From Octopus vulgaris (lineage: Eukaryota): a stretch of DNA of 64,000 nucleotides. The DNA lies in assembly GCA_951406725.2 (NCBI GenBank), contig OX597830.1, positions 67,146,001 through 67,210,000 on the forward strand. The letters run 5' to 3'. How positions within the stretch are numbered: the stretch's first letter is position 1; every line of letters starts with the position of its first letter. The position numbers were made by a program, and so were the translations under genes. Under the pieces are notes generated by a model. That model made no database searches. It was not told the DNA's origin and was given only the letters and a program-made list of their open reading frames with translations. Shown piece after piece: positions 26,948-41,589 of this stretch.

Positions 26948-27305
26948 GGCTCCAGTACTCAACTGGTACTTATTTTAGCGACCCCGAAGGGATGAAAAGC
27001 AAAGTCGACCCCGGTGGAATTTGAACTCGGAACATAAAGACAGACGAAATACTGTTAATGATTTTGTCTGGCGTATATTTAAAAGGCGGGCGAGCTAACA
27101 AAATCGTTAGCACGCCGGACGAAATGCTTAGCGGCATTTCGTTCGTTTTTACGTTCTGAGTTCAAATTTCGCCAAGGTCGACTTTGCCTTTTATTCCTTT
27201 CAGGGTCGATAAAATAAGTACCAGTCATGTACTGAGGTCGATGTATTCGACTTATTCACTCATCATAAATTATTGGCCTTGTGCTAAAATTTGAAACGAA
27301 TATTA
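26948..27305. mobile_element. Head-to-head pair of SINE family C (GCCTTTCATCCTTTCGGGGTCGATAAAA domain), duplicated at ~28496-28850
   Basis: B box GAGTTCAAAT. Other copies at ~795-960, 28260-28420, 29760-29980, 40965-41105, 41160-41355 and 54850-54965. Confidence 0.75.
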
Positions 27306-27311
27306 AGAATA

Positions 27312-27356
<45 letters not shown>

Positions 27357-28100
27357 ACATGTTATTTTCCCTCATAATTCTTAATTTCTCTTTCTTTTTT
27401 TTTTTTCTAAATTTTCCCGACTTGATTGGTGTAAAGAAATTTAATTTTGTCTCCACTAACCAAACACATCTAAAGAAAGTTGAAGAATTGTTAGAACGAA
27501 GCCAAAAATTAATATTGCGAATCTCTTAAGAGCAGGAACAGGTTGACAAGAGTTGTTTCCCTTTAATTGCTTTTCCTACAAAATTATGCAAAGAATAATT
27601 TTTAAATATAGTAAGGCCTCGATATACGAGTTAATTTGTACTCGGAAACCGCTCCTAAAACAAAAACTCGTAAAGCAGAGCAATAATTTTCCATAGTAGC
27701 AATGTTATAAACCGTAATTCGTTCCCAGAAAAATATTTTCTCTATAAAATATATAATACTCGTCAATAAATGGCAATAAGCCCCAAGTTTTGTCAGTGAA
27801 CAAACAGGTCGTGGTTTTCAAGACGAAGAAAATATTTTGACACAAATGAAAATTAAATTAACGGTTTTTGTGTGTTCTTGGATGGCTTACAAATATCTTC
27901 CAAGCTGCAATTGTTTTTTTGTTTTAGCACACGATCTCAGATCAAGTCACTTGCTATGCAAATACATCTCCGTAAATGTAAAGAATATTTTATGTAAAGT
28001 GAAAAGAATGTCGAGATCATTTGTAATAAAAGAAATATTATTATAATCGTTTTCTGAATCACTTTTACTCGCACTAGACTCGCGCACACCATCACTTGTA
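27290..28100 (+). repeat. Outer arm of inverted duplication (partner ~50638-51485, MDH1B intron 1)
   Basis: Near-identical reverse-complement match; ORF 27837..28046(+) matches 50691..50900(-). Confidence 0.85.
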
Positions 28101-29524
28101 GACTCTCAGATATCAGCGGAGTCGACAACGAAGAAACGAGACAGAGACTCGTTTTAATGAATCATTCATATTTTTACGAAGGACCGTGGAATATGTTCGC
28201 AAAACTATTCGCCAGCAAGAATATATATATTGGCTTCAAATTTTGGCACAAGGCCAGTTACATCGACTACAGTGTTCAACTCGTGTTTATTTTATCGACC
28301 CCGAAAGGATGAAAGGCAAAGCCGACCCCGACGGTCTTTGAACTCAGAACGCAAAGTCGGAAGAAACGTCGCTAAGCATTTTCCCCGGCGCCATAACGAT
28401 TTTACCTACTTGCCGCGTTTAAATATATAAATTTTGGTTTCAGATTTTCGTACAAGGCCAGCATTTCGATGGAGTAGTTAAGTCTATTACACTGACTCCA
28501 GTACTCAACTGGTACTTATTTTAGCGACCCCGAAGGGATGAAAAGCAAAGTCATCCTCGGTGGAATCTGAACTTGGAACATAAAGACAGACGAAATACTG
28601 TTAATCATTTTGTCTGGCGCATATTTAAAAGCGGGCGAGCTAACAAAATCGTTAGCACGCCGGACGAAATACTTAGCGGCATTTCGTTCGTTTTTACGTT
28701 CTGAGTTCAAATTTCGCCAAGGTCGACTTTGCCTTTTATTCCTTTCAGGGTCGATAAAATAAGTACCAGTCATGTACTGAGGTCGATGTATTCGACTTAA
28801 TCACTCATCATAAATTACTGGCCTTGTGCTAAAATTTGAAACGAATATTAATTCGCATTAATATTAACTTTTACTCGCACTTGACTCGCGCACACCATCA
28901 CTTGTAGACCCGATCGCTGATTCACAAGCACTCGTAGACGGACTTGTAGATTTCTGTTTAAAAACCAAATATAGAGTTGTTTGCTTCTAAGAAGCTTTTT
29001 TTCACTCTCTATAAATTTCTCTGTAACCTGCAGAAGAATTTGTTATGGTAATACGAACTTTTGCACTTCATTCAAAATTGGGATCTTGTATATCCTGAAT
29101 TTAAACCTTTCTGAAATATGAATAAATAAGTATTAAATAAGTAATCTGAATGCTAGAGGGTTAAAGTTGTTCACCATTTATCCAATCAATGGAGTAATAG
29201 ATACATTTACCCTGTTTGTAGGGGTACTCTTTTACTCTTTTACTCTTTTACTCTTTTACTTGTTTCAGTCATTTGACTGCAGCCATGCTGGAGCACTGCC
29301 TTTAATCGAGCAAATCGACCCCGGGACTTATTCTTTCGTAAGCCCAGTACTTATTCTATCGGTCTCTTTTGCCGAACCGCCAAGTAACGGGGACATAAAC
29401 ACACCAGCATCAGTTGTCAAGCAATGCTGGGGGGACAAACACACACACGCATATATATAAATGTAATTATATGACAGGCTTCTTTCAGTTTCCATCTACC
29501 AAATCCACTCACAAGGCTTTGGTC

Positions 29525-29830
29525 GTCCGCTTTCCATGCTAGCATGGGTTGGATGATTTTGACTGAGGGCTGGCGAACCAGATGGCTGCACCAGGCTCCA
29601 ATCTTGATCTGGCAGAGTTTCTACAGCTGGATGCCCTTCCTAACGCCAACCACTCCGAGAGTGTAGTGTGTGCTTCCCTTTTTGTTTTATATATGTATGT
29701 ATGCATATGTGTGTGTGTGGGGGGGCATACAGATAACTATATATATATATATATTTATTACCCACAGGGGTCTAAACATAGAGGGGACCGACATGACCAG
29801 ACAAAGGAATTATGTTGATTACATCAACCC
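29525..29830 (+). repeat. Middle arm of inverted duplication (partner ~49010-49310, MDH1B intron 2)
   Basis: Same LINE-tail/unique/SINE junctions in reverse; ORF 29582..29818(+) matches 49058..49243(-). Confidence 0.8.
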
Positions 29831-30666
29831 TAGTACATAACGGGTATTTATTCAGTCAACCCCCCAAAAGGATGAAAGGCAAAGTCGATCTCGGTGGAAT
29901 TTGAACTCAGAACATAAAGACAGACAAAATACCGCTATGCATTTTGTCTGGCGTGCTAATGATTCTGCCAGCTCACCTTATAATATGTGTGTGTGTGTGT
30001 AGTGGAGGTGCATGGCTTAGTGGTTAGGGTGTTGGAGTTCTGATCATGAGTTCATGGCTTTCATTCATGGATCGGACAATGCATTGTATTCTTTGAGACA
30101 AATCACTTTATTTCACGTTGCCCCAGTCCACTCAGCTGGCAAAAATGAGTAATCCAGTAAGGAATATATCATCATCATCATCATCATCGTTTAACGTCTG
30201 TTTTCCATGCTGGCATGGGTTAGATGGTTTGACTGATGTCTGGGAAGCCATTGGCTGCACCAGGCTCCGATCTGATTTTGCAATGTTTCTACAGCTGATG
30301 TCCTTCCTAATGCCAATCACTCTGAGAGTGAGTGGATGTTTTTTACATGCCACCAGCATGTCAGGAGCCAGTCAGGTGGACCTGGCATCGACCATGTTGG
30401 ATGGTGCTTTTTACATGCCACCAGCATGGGAGCCAACCAGAGAGCTCTGGCATTGACCACTTTTGGATGTTGCAGACCAGACAAACTGGAAAACTGGTTC
30501 TGTGCTCCTTACTGAGTTTTGTGGACTAACCATATTAATATATCACCGTGATCACCGTGACTGACCAGGCTATCAGATTTTGCTACACATCGCTGGTCAC
30601 AATGCGCTTCGCATGGTTTTAGCCTTCAAGTGACGCCACCCCGCTGGCTAAGCAAGCAGGCCAATA

Positions 30667-30710
<44 letters not shown>

Positions 30711-30756
30711 AACACACACATATTAATATATATATAGATATATATATATATATATG

Positions 30757-31100
30757 TAGGTCCCGGGTTGAGTCGGGGTTAACCACAGTAAATAAGGTAC
30801 TCAATACATAGCAGAGTAAATTAATTTATTATATAGAAGGAGCTTTCTACAGGACTAGAACTGTTTCATTCAAAAGAAATCATCAGGAAGCTAGTAGACA
30901 AGAGTTGTTTTGGCATTTATACATTTAGGCAGGTTTAAATGGGTGGTGGTGGGGGACTTTTTTGGGGGTAGGCATGGCGCAAAACTGTCATTATTAGGGG
31001 AGTGGTCAAAGGAATCTGTGGTAAAGTAGATAAAAGAATAAATAAAATAAAATAAAAGAATAAAAAATAAATAGAAAAATAGAGTCTTAGGTAAGTAAGG
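30757..31100 (-). mobile_element. Penelope-type 3' terminal fragment with hammerhead-like motif
   Basis: Minus strand: ACTAGCTTC CTGATGA TTTC TTTT GAAT GAAAC AGTT CTAGT; shared with 6820-6950. Confidence 0.5.
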
Positions 31101-31121
31101 AGACTCTCACTTGTACATATC

Positions 31122-31163
<42 letters not shown>

Positions 31164-31841
31164 CACATATATACACCCACATATTCACATATATCTGTAC
31201 ATATACATACATACCCACATATACATACATATATATATACACATACATACACATACATATACATATATATATATATACATATATATACATACATATATAT
31301 ACATATACATACACATACCCATGAACGTACACACAGATACACATATACATACATATACATACACATATGTATACTCACTCGCACCTATACAAATGCATAT
31401 ACATGCACACACATACACACACATTTTTATTCTCTTATTTTAATTTTATTATTACTACATTTGTTTATATCTTTATTTTTATTTTTATTTTTATCTTGAC
31501 CGAGGTCAGCCGGTCTCAAGGGATGAGCTTAAGATTCCGTTTATCTATCTACTTACTTATAGGAACGCAAGCACTCACTCACGCCCACACACTCAGACGT
31601 ACACACATACACATACGCACACGCATACATTCACGTATATTCACATACACGCATACACATACATACCTCAAAACACTCACATAAGACTAGTCCCTACATA
31701 TACACTAATTAATATATATACACATATACACATACATACACATACATACATATACATACACATATACATATATATATATATATATACATACATATACATG
31801 TACATATACATACACATATACATTCATACATATATACACAT

Positions 31842-31918
<77 letters not shown>

Positions 31919-32103
31919 CATATGCGTACACATACACACACACACACACGCGCATCTATATATACACATAAGTACATACATGCATTAATGTATACACATA
32001 TCTATACATATGCATGCACATCCACACACACACGCGCCTCCTTATGTTCATAAATACATACATGCATACAGGCATATACATATATACATACATGCATACT
32101 CAA

Positions 32104-32155
<52 letters not shown>

Positions 32156-32299
32156 TATATATATACGTGCAGTTACCCATTATACATACGGATACATACA
32201 TATAAACATACCCATATATACCTATTTACACATATGTATATGTACATAAATACATACACACATAACTCTACATACCTACATATACATAAACACACAAGC

Positions 32300-32334
<35 letters not shown>

Positions 32335-32511
32335 CACACACATACATACACACATATATATATATATATATATATATCCATATACACATACATATATACA
32401 CACATACACATATACACACACATACATACACACACATATATACATACATTTACACACACATTTTTACACGCATATATATACACATACTCATACACACACA
32501 TATATATATAT

Positions 32512-32553
<42 letters not shown>

Positions 32554-32889
32554 GTGTGCATATATACATACATATACACACATACATACACACAAGCACA
32601 TACATGCATAAATGTATACATATGTTTTATACAAGTGCATACACATACACACACTCACGCGCCTCCTTATATACATAAATGCATTCATGCATACAAACGC
32701 ATACTCATGTAATAAATAATGAATAAGGAATAATAGATATATATACACATGCAGTTACCCTTTGTACAGACGGAAACATACATATAACCATACACGCATA
32801 TATACCTATCTACACATATGTATATATACATATATACATGCACATACACACAACTCTACATACTTACATATACATAAACACACGAGTGT

Positions 32890-33482
32890 AGGCATCACTC
32901 AGCAGGTCTTTTGTTAGCCGCTCTCCAGCCATCTATTTAAAACTGTATACAGCTATGGTACGACCACACTTGGAATTCGCATCATCAGTTTGGAATCCCT
33001 ATCTTGCACAGAACATTGACCTCCTGGAATCTGTCCAGAGACGTGCAACCAAACGCATACACTCCATCAGACACCTACCATATTCTGAGCGCCTTGTTTC
33101 CCTGGGCATGGATTCACTGAAGCTCCGGCGTTTGGCGACGGACTTGGTAAACACCCACAAAGTTATCAACCACCTCACCAACAACAACACTGAACACCTT
33201 TTTGATCTCCATGTGTCTAACACACGTGGACATGCCTACAAAGTCAGAAAACAATACAGCTCCCATGACTTTCGGAAACATTTTTTTCACGCTCAGAGTT
33301 GCTGAAGCATGGAATAAACTGCCTGCGTCAGTTGTTGACTGCCATGACACTGCATCTTTTAAGGCCCTCATGCTTTCCGAAATCCGCCGAAACTACACCT
33401 GATTATATATACACTTTAGATGAGTTGTAGTGCACCTGAGCACTGTACACAATTATTATTATTATTGTTGTTATTATTGTTA
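32890..33482 (+). mobile_element. CR1-like LINE 3' end with (ATT)n tail
   Basis: VRPHLEFASSVWNPY..LESVQRRATK..TRGH..K..FF..RV...WNKLP. Tail copy at ~52345-52466. Confidence 0.88.
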
Positions 33483-33897
33483 TATAAAAGAAAACAAAAT
33501 CAAAGAAAAAATTTACCGATTGAAAGGGTGTTGTATAGCAAAATCAGTGGAGAGCTGAAAATAATAATATTTAGTTACATCCCTTCCACTCTATGTTCAA
33601 ATCTCAGTGGAACTAATTTTGCCTTTCATCTTCCAAAGTGTTGATAATATAAATACTATTATTACAAACTGGGTATCTATAAAATTAGCAATGCTTTTCC
33701 TGCATCCTTCAAAACTTCCAACACTACACCTGATTTTCTCCCCTCCATACACACGCAAGCATGTATCTGACTCATACACTGCTTACTTTCCAGACATTAG
33801 TACATTACTGCATATACTTTATACGAACTTTTGAGAAGTTGTGGTGCACCTAAGCACTGTATACAATAATTTCATTATTATATACATATATATATAT

Positions 33898-33954
<57 letters not shown>

Positions 33955-34067
33955 TATATACACATACATACACATACCTACACACATATATACACACATA
34001 TATACACACATATACATATACATACATACACATACACACACATACACATACATACACATATACATGC

Positions 34068-34124
<57 letters not shown>

Positions 34125-34217
34125 TATATACACATACATACACATACCTACACACATATATACACACATATATACACACATATACATATACATACATACA
34201 CATACACACACATACAC

Positions 34218-34262
<45 letters not shown>

Positions 34263-34346
34263 TATATATATATTATACACATTACACATATATATATATA
34301 CACATACACATACACATACACATATACACATACACACATATACATG

Positions 34347-34392
<46 letters not shown>

Positions 34393-34701
34393 CATACACA
34401 CAAGCACATACATGCATAAATGTATACATATGTTTTATACAAGTGCATACACATACACACACTCACGCGCCTCCTTATATACATAAATGCATTCATGCAT
34501 ACAAACGCATACTCATGTAATAAATAATGAATAAGGAATAATAGATATATATACACATGCAGTTACCCTTTGTACAGACGGAAACATACATATAAGCATA
34601 CGCGCATATATACCTATCTACACATATGTATATATACATACATACATGCACATACACACAACTCTACATACTTACATATACTTAAACACACGAGCGTACA
34701 C

Positions 34702-34784
<83 letters not shown>

Positions 34785-35616
34785 CATATATACACACACA
34801 TACATACATACATATATATACACATATATACATACATATACATACATACACATACATACACATACACATACATACACATACACATACATACACATACACA
34901 TACATACACATATACATACATATACATATACACATACATATATATATAAATATATATATATATTAATTTATAAAAGTATTAATTTATAAAATTTATAAAA
35001 ATATGATAAAGTAAAAGAATTCACTTTACCACACACCGAACTTTTCAGAAATAGCAGCCAAAAATTTGGCTATTTCTTCAACTGCAAATAAAAGTCTCCA
35101 GACAATGCATACTCAGAAAAATAACTCACATAGGAATAAGGGAAAAACAATGAAAGATCACATCTATATATATATACATATATATAAGTATATAAAAAAC
35201 CATACACATACACACATACTCATATATATATACATATATATAAGTGTATAAAAAAAACCCACGCATACACACATACACATGTACATACACATATACACAT
35301 ACATATACACGCACTCACATACATGCGTATATTCCTACTTACACCCATTCATTTCTATCCATATATACAATACATATATACAAGTGTACATATACAATCT
35401 GTGAATAGTCTTAGGAGGAAAGTTAATCGGGGGTGCTGGGGGAACGGTGGGGTTGGGGGGTTTGGGGGGGGGTGTCGTCAATCGGGATGCCGGGTGGGTC
35501 TATAGTTCTTGTAGTTTGCATAAATTTTATGCATGCAATTTGGGGAGTACACACAAACAAACACATATTTATATATATATATATATATATATCATCATCA
35601 TCATCATTATCATCTG

Positions 35617-35955
35617 TGAATGCACATGGTTCAGTGGTTAGAGCGTTGATCTTACGATTGTGAGGTTGTGAGTTTGAATCCTGGACCGGGCTGCATGTTG
35701 TGTTCTTGAGCAAGACACTTTATTTCATGTTGCTCCAGTTCACTCAACTGTAGAAATGATTTACAATGTCACTGATGCCAAGCTGTATCGGCCTTTGCCT
35801 TTCCTTTGGATAACACTGGTGGCATGGAGAGGGGAGACCATTATGCATGGGCGACTGCCGGTCTTCCATAAACAACCTTGCGCAGACTTGTGCCTCAGAG
35901 GGTAACTTTCTAGGTGCAATCCCATGGTCAGTCATGACCAAAGGGAGTCTTAGCA
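35617..35955 (+). mobile_element. tRNA-derived SINE family D
   Basis: TGGTTCAGTGGTTAG...GAGTTTGAATCC head and TTGAGCAAGACACTT body. Related pieces at ~5205-5480, 30003-30150, 30545-30662 and 50503-50637. Confidence 0.7.
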
Positions 35956-36305
35956 TATCATCATCATCATCATCACCATCATCATTTAACATCCATTATC
36001 CATGCTGGAATGGGCTGGACGGTTCAACCAGGGCTAGTAAGATGGAAGGCTACACCAGACTCCAGTCTGTTTTGGCATGGTTTCTATGGCTGGATGCCCT
36101 TCCTAATGCCAACCACTCTAAGAGTGTAATGGGTGCTTTATACGTTCTACTGACACTGGTGCAGTTTGTGTGACACCAGTATCTACCACGCCTGTGGTTT
36201 TACTTGGCTTGGTGGGTCTTCTTCTCAAGCTTGGCATAATGACAAAAGCCCAACACCCAAGGCACAGCATAATGCCAAATGGTCTCAGTCCTTGCCTCTG
36301 TATGA

Positions 36306-36368
<63 letters not shown>

Positions 36369-36897
36369 CGCGTGTGTGCATGTCTTTGAGTCTATGTTTG
36401 CCCCCACCATCACCTGACAGCCAGTGTTGGTGTCTATGTCCCCATATCTTAGCAGTTCAGCAAAAGGCGACCAATGAAATAAGTACCTGGCTTAAAATGA
36501 AAATAATAAAGACTAGGATCGATTCATTCCACTAAAATTCTTCAAAGCGCTGCCCCAGCATGGCCGCAGTCTGATGACTGAAACAAGTAAAAGATTCAAA
36601 AGGAAAAAGATATATATATGACAGTTGCTGCGTCTCTACACTTGATGACGGTGTGCAGCTCAGTGCAATCTTAGGTGCACTGTTTCCTTTAAGCTGTGCA
36701 CTTGCTCATGTGCATGCATATTTTATGCCTAATGTACAAAAGATAATAATTGTGTGTACACAAACATTTTTCCTAGAGGAAATTGAATTTCTGCAATAGT
36801 TAATGGCTATGATATAATAGTTAATGGCTATGCTTTATCAATGTTTCAATTCAATTTTATGTTAGTTTTAATTTTTGTTTAACTTTGTGTGATTCAG

Positions 36898-37996
36898 GAA
36901 TGGCTTTGTGAAATATGTGAGGCAAATGGTTGGAAGCATGAACAATCACCAATAATTTGGAGAGAATTGGTTGATCGAGGTGGGAAAGGTGTTTTAATTG
37001 GTGGATCGAATGAATTTGAAGAATATGCATACGGCTACTATGGCGTTACTATTGATTTGGACGGCAAAAGTATGAAAATCATTGCTTATGAAAATCAAAC
37101 CACTAAAATCGAACTTGATGAAGAAGAAAGAGAAAGGATAAGAAACGAAAAATTCATTAAAGTGTGCATAACAAATGCTAGTAGCCCAGTTTGTTTCAGT
37201 TTGGTCGACAGTTTACTCTCAGGGAAAATATTTGGTAAAGAGAAAATTTCATTGTGTCTTCTGGACTGCGATCCAGCACAGACAGCTGAATTGCAATACA
37301 TCGCTGAAAATATACAAAACATGGCTTATGGACTTCTGTATTTGAATGTCTTTGTTACATCTGACTGTGAAAAAGCTTTTAAAGGAAGTAGAATTATTAT
37401 CTTTTTGGATGAGGTAGAAAGGAAAGAAGAGGAAAAAGTACATCGGTGGACGGAAAGAAACGCTGTTCTTTTTGGGTTTTATGGGACAACTCTGTTGAAA
37501 GTTGCCAAAAGTGACACGTTGCTATTAGTTGCAGGAAATAATTACATGTGTTTAAATATGAGCATATTAAATGAGATTGTTTCTCACATTTCATCCAGAA
37601 ATATTATTGGTGTTTCAAAAGTAATTGAAAACCAGGCCAAATCTGTTTTAGCTGAAAAACTGCCAGCAAGCAGCTGCTCCATTGATAACGTTGTTATATT
37701 GGGAAGTATCAGCAATGATTATTTGATAGAATTGGACAAGACTTTAGTTAGAGAGTTTGATTGTGCAGTTGTTGGTCCAGCTACATTCTCTCAGCCATTA
37801 AATGATATTTTTCATCAACAAAGCTGGCTCAAGAAGGAGTATGTAAATGAAGTCAGTTCAAGAAAACACGTCAATGAAATGAATTTACGACACCCTACCT
37901 ACCATCTCATTGGTCATGCCATAACAACAACATTAAATTACTGGTGGAATGGTTTATCATCAAATGCCATATTCTCTGCGACTCTTATATCCGATG
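36898..37996 (+). pseudogene. Inverted orphan duplicate of MDH1B exon 3 (open frame, splice sites intact)
   Basis: ORF 36889..38082 is nearly identical to 44598..45791, with the same AG and GT sites. No plus-strand copy of exons 1, 2 or 4-6 was found. Confidence 0.85.
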
Positions 37997-38137
37997 GTAA
38001 GCTAAATTCTTCCGTATTTAATCTTAATTCATTTCGGTTGCAGTCAGCGTTAAATTCTTTAGAAGCGAAAGTTCCAGTTTAGTTCTTTAGAGAGCATTTT
38101 TCTTGAACAGTTAGTCATAAAATTTATGACGACAACG

Positions 38138-38192
38138 AAATCATCATCATCATCATCATCACCATCACCGCCGCCGCCACCACCACTATTAC

Positions 38193-38225
<33 letters not shown>

Positions 38226-38441
38226 TATCACCATCACCGCCGCCACTGCCACTACCACTATCATCATCATCATCATCATCATCATCACCATCATCCTCAT
38301 CACCATCACCATCATCATCACCACCATCATCACCATCATCATCATCATCACCACCATCATCATCACCATCACCATCATCATCATCACCATCATCACTATC
38401 ACCATCATCATCATCACCATCATCATCACCACCATCATCAC

Positions 38442-38483
<42 letters not shown>

Positions 38484-38485
38484 TA
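38138..38485. repeat. (CAT/CAC)n compound microsatellite (shorter partner at 44340-44540)
   Basis: Directly visible; length differs between the two duplication arms. Confidence 0.95.
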
Positions 38486-39059
38486 TCCAGTCACTGCCTG
38501 GAATCAAACCCGGAATCTCGGGGTTAGTAGCCTGCACTCTTAACCACTATGCCATATGCCCGTGAGCAACTATGGAGTAAATTTTAGGGCTTATAACTCT
38601 AATATTCTCCTATCCTTCCTTAATACCGGTTCCCATATGCTGTTCATATCTGCACTCGATCTGCTTAGGAGCTTCTTGTGTCCTAGCATTTGTGCTGCTT
38701 CTTTTGGTTTCCAGATTTTCCACTTAATTGAAAATGAGTACCAAAAATACTAGTTTCCATGTGTGTGTCTGTGTGTGTGTGTGTGTGTATGTGTGTATGT
38801 GTGTGTGTGTATTTGCACAAGTGTGTGTGTATTTGTATATGTTCTTTCTTTTGTTCTTTTATTTGTTTCAGTTATTTGACTGTGGCCATGCTGGAGCATC
38901 ACCTTTAGTGAAACAAATCGACCCCGGGACTTATTCTTTGTAAGTCAAGTCCAGCACTCATTCTATCAGTCTCTTTTGCTGAACTGCTAATTTACGAGGA
39001 TGTAGACACACCAACATTGGTTGTTAAGCGATGGTGGAGAGACAAACACAGAGACACAA

Positions 39060-39102
<43 letters not shown>

Positions 39103-39282
39103 CACACACAAAAGTACACACATACATACGACAGACTTCTTTCAGTTTCTGTCTACCAAATCCACTCACAAGGTTTTGATTGGCCTGAGGCTATAGAAGA
39201 AGACACTTGCCCAAGGTGCCATGCAGTGGGACTGAACCTGGAATCATGAGGTTGGGAAGCAAGCTTCTTTCCATACAGCACT

Positions 39283-39332
<50 letters not shown>

Positions 39333-39572
39333 TCATCATCATTGTTTAATGTCCGCCCTCCATGCTGGCATGGGTTGGACGGTTTGACTGAGGACTGGTG
39401 AGGCAGAGGCTGCACCAGACTCCAATCTGATCTGGCAGAGTTTCTACAGCTGGATGCCCTTCCAACTGCAAGTGGGTCAGGGGAATTACTTATTGAACGT
39501 CCCTCGTACCTCATTTTTGGCTGTAAATTTTGGCTTGAAAACTTTAGATTGTATGCTGGAAAATATAATATA

Positions 39573-39990
39573 TATTTCTTTACTACCCACAAGGGGCTAA
39601 ACATAGAGGGGACAAACAAAGACAGACAAAGGGATTAAGTCGATTACATCAACCCCAGTGCAAAACTGGTACTTTATTTATCGACCCCGAAAGGATGAAA
39701 GGCAAAGTCGACCTCGGTGGAATTTGAACTCAGAACGTAACGGCAGACGAAATACCTATTTCTTTATTACCCACAAGGGGCTAAACACAGAGAGGACAAA
39801 CAAAGACAGACAAATGGATTAAGTCGATTACATCAACCCCAGTGCGAAACTGGTACTTTATTTATCGACCTCGAAAGGATGAAAGGCAAAGTCGACCTCG
39901 GTGGAATTTGAACTCAGAACGTAACGGCAGACGAAATACGGCTACGCATTTCACCCAGCGTGCTAACGTTTCTGCCAGCTTGCCGCCTTA
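39573..39990 (-). mobile_element. SINE family C with tandem-duplicated ~184-bp body
   Basis: 39573-39756 is repeated at 39757-39940. Confidence 0.8.
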
Positions 39991-40113
39991 CCCATTATCT
40001 CCAGCACCACAAGAAATAAGAAGAAAAAAATCATAATCAAAATGAAATATAAAAACTAGAAATATTTTGATCTTTTTCAATAATAAAATATTTTAGTTTA
40101 GATTATAAACTAA

Positions 40114-40337
40114 TTATTGTTCAGTTTCTTCTGCTGGTGGATTATTATTATTATCTTCTATCTCGATATCTTCAGTATTTAATGCAGTTTCTGAAATTTC
40201 CTCTTCCACCTCTTCTTCAGGCATTATAGCGTCTAGATTTTCAAGCTCCAAGTCGTGCTCACTGTCTAGGCTCCCACGTGGCATTGAGGATACGGACATT
40301 TTCGTATGTCTCCTCTCCAGTGCTTCTTGTTCTTCAA
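40114..40337 (-). CDS. MDH1B: MDH1B-like gene, terminal exon 6 (acidic tail VEEQEALE...EETEQ*)
   Basis: ttcAG acceptor, phase 1, TAA stop at 40114-40116. Spliced CDS totals 1764 nt = 587 aa plus stop. Confidence 0.75.
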
Positions 40338-40383
40338 CTGAATTAGAAAAAAATATATATATATATATAAAAAGCAATCAATC

Positions 40384-40768
40384 AGGAGTGGCTGTGTGGT
40401 AAGTAGCTTGCTAACCAACCACATGGTTCCAGGTTCAGTCCCACTGCGTGGCATCTTGGGCAAGTGTGTTCTACTATAGCCCCGGGCTGACCAATGCCTT
40501 GTGAGTGGATTTGGTAGACGGAAACTGAAAGAAGCCTGTCGTATATATGTATATATATATGTGTGTGTGTGTTTGTCCCCCTAGCATTGCTTGACAACCG
40601 ATGCTGGTGTGTTTACGTCCCCGTCACTTAGCGGTTCAGCAAAAGGGACCGATGGAATAAGTACTGGGCTAACAAAGAATAAGTCCCGGAGTCGATTTGC
40701 TCGACTAAAGGCGGTGCTCCAGCATGGCCGCAGTCAAATGACTGAAACAAGTAAAAGAGTAAAAGAGT
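40384..40768 (+). mobile_element. SINE family A copy in MDH1B intron 5
   Basis: Head and tail present; AATCAAT on both flanks. Confidence 0.85.
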
Positions 40769-41414
40769 AATCAATTAATCTCCTGAATGATTCTCCACCC
40801 ACCACCTACCACCACCACCACCACCACCACATCTACATCTCTGTACTTCACTCCTACCCTCTAACTCCTGCTAGCATGCAAACCAAACATGAACATCAAA
40901 GGCAATTCTCTGACATGGCACTTTGACTAGCTCTGTATTTCATTAAAAACAAATGAGGTGCATAACTGGTACTTAGTTTATCGACCCTGAAAGGATTAAA
41001 GGCAAAGTCGACCTCGGCAGAATTTGAACTCAGAACGTAGTGGCAGACGAAATACTGCTAAGCATTTCGCCCAGTGTGCTAACGTTTCTGCCAGCTTGCC
41101 GCCTTAGTGTGATACTAATTCTGCCATCTCACTGCTTTCAAGTAATTTAATAACAGTTTCAGATGTTGGCACAAGGCCAGCAATTTTGAGGGAGGGGTAA
41201 GGTGATTACATCAGCCCCAGTACTCAACTGGTACTTATTTTATTGACCCCCAAAAGGATGAAATGCAAAGTCGACCTTAATGGCATTCGAACTCAGAACA
41301 TAAAGGTCACTAAGCATTTCCCCCAGCTTGGTAACGACTCTACCAGCTCACCACCTTTGTGTAATTTGATAGCAAAACTAGTAAGCCTCGATTTTTTTTC
41401 TTTTTTTGCCTTAC

Positions 41415-41589
41415 CCATTTCTTCCAACAGAAAGCTTAAGACGTCACTTCTTTGACTGGACGGTGTTCTGGAACTCATAAACGCCGAGTAATCAGTCTCT
41501 TCTGATTCTGGTAATGATTCAACAGACACAACTTTTGAGATCAACTTTCCATCCTTGACTACAAACAAGGCTCTATCTTTTACCAAGTT
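41415..41589 (-). CDS. MDH1B: MDH1B-like gene, exon 5 (NLVKDRALF...LLEEM)
   Basis: tttgacAG acceptor, G|GTAAGG donor, 175 nt, open and in phase (within ORF 41293..41586). Confidence 0.78.

Larger units (their letters stand above)
36710..38752 (+). repeat. Core arm of inverted duplication (partner ~44073-45970, minus)
   Basis: Intron-exon-intron sequence matches the reverse complement, except (CAT/CAC)n length and small indels. Confidence 0.9.

Noticed and set aside
31087-35314. Many 60-190 aa ORFs rich in Y/I/H/T/C/V/M
   Set aside because: Translations of (TA)n, (CA)n and (TACA)n microsatellites. The same applies to 6902-8058, 25859-26467, 51690-52337 and 54919-55561.
36889-38082. 397-aa ORF as a stand-alone intronless or retrocopy gene
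   Set aside because: It starts at a GTG within the intron acceptor, reads through the donor, and carries flanking intron sequence, so it is a DNA-level duplicate of one exon.
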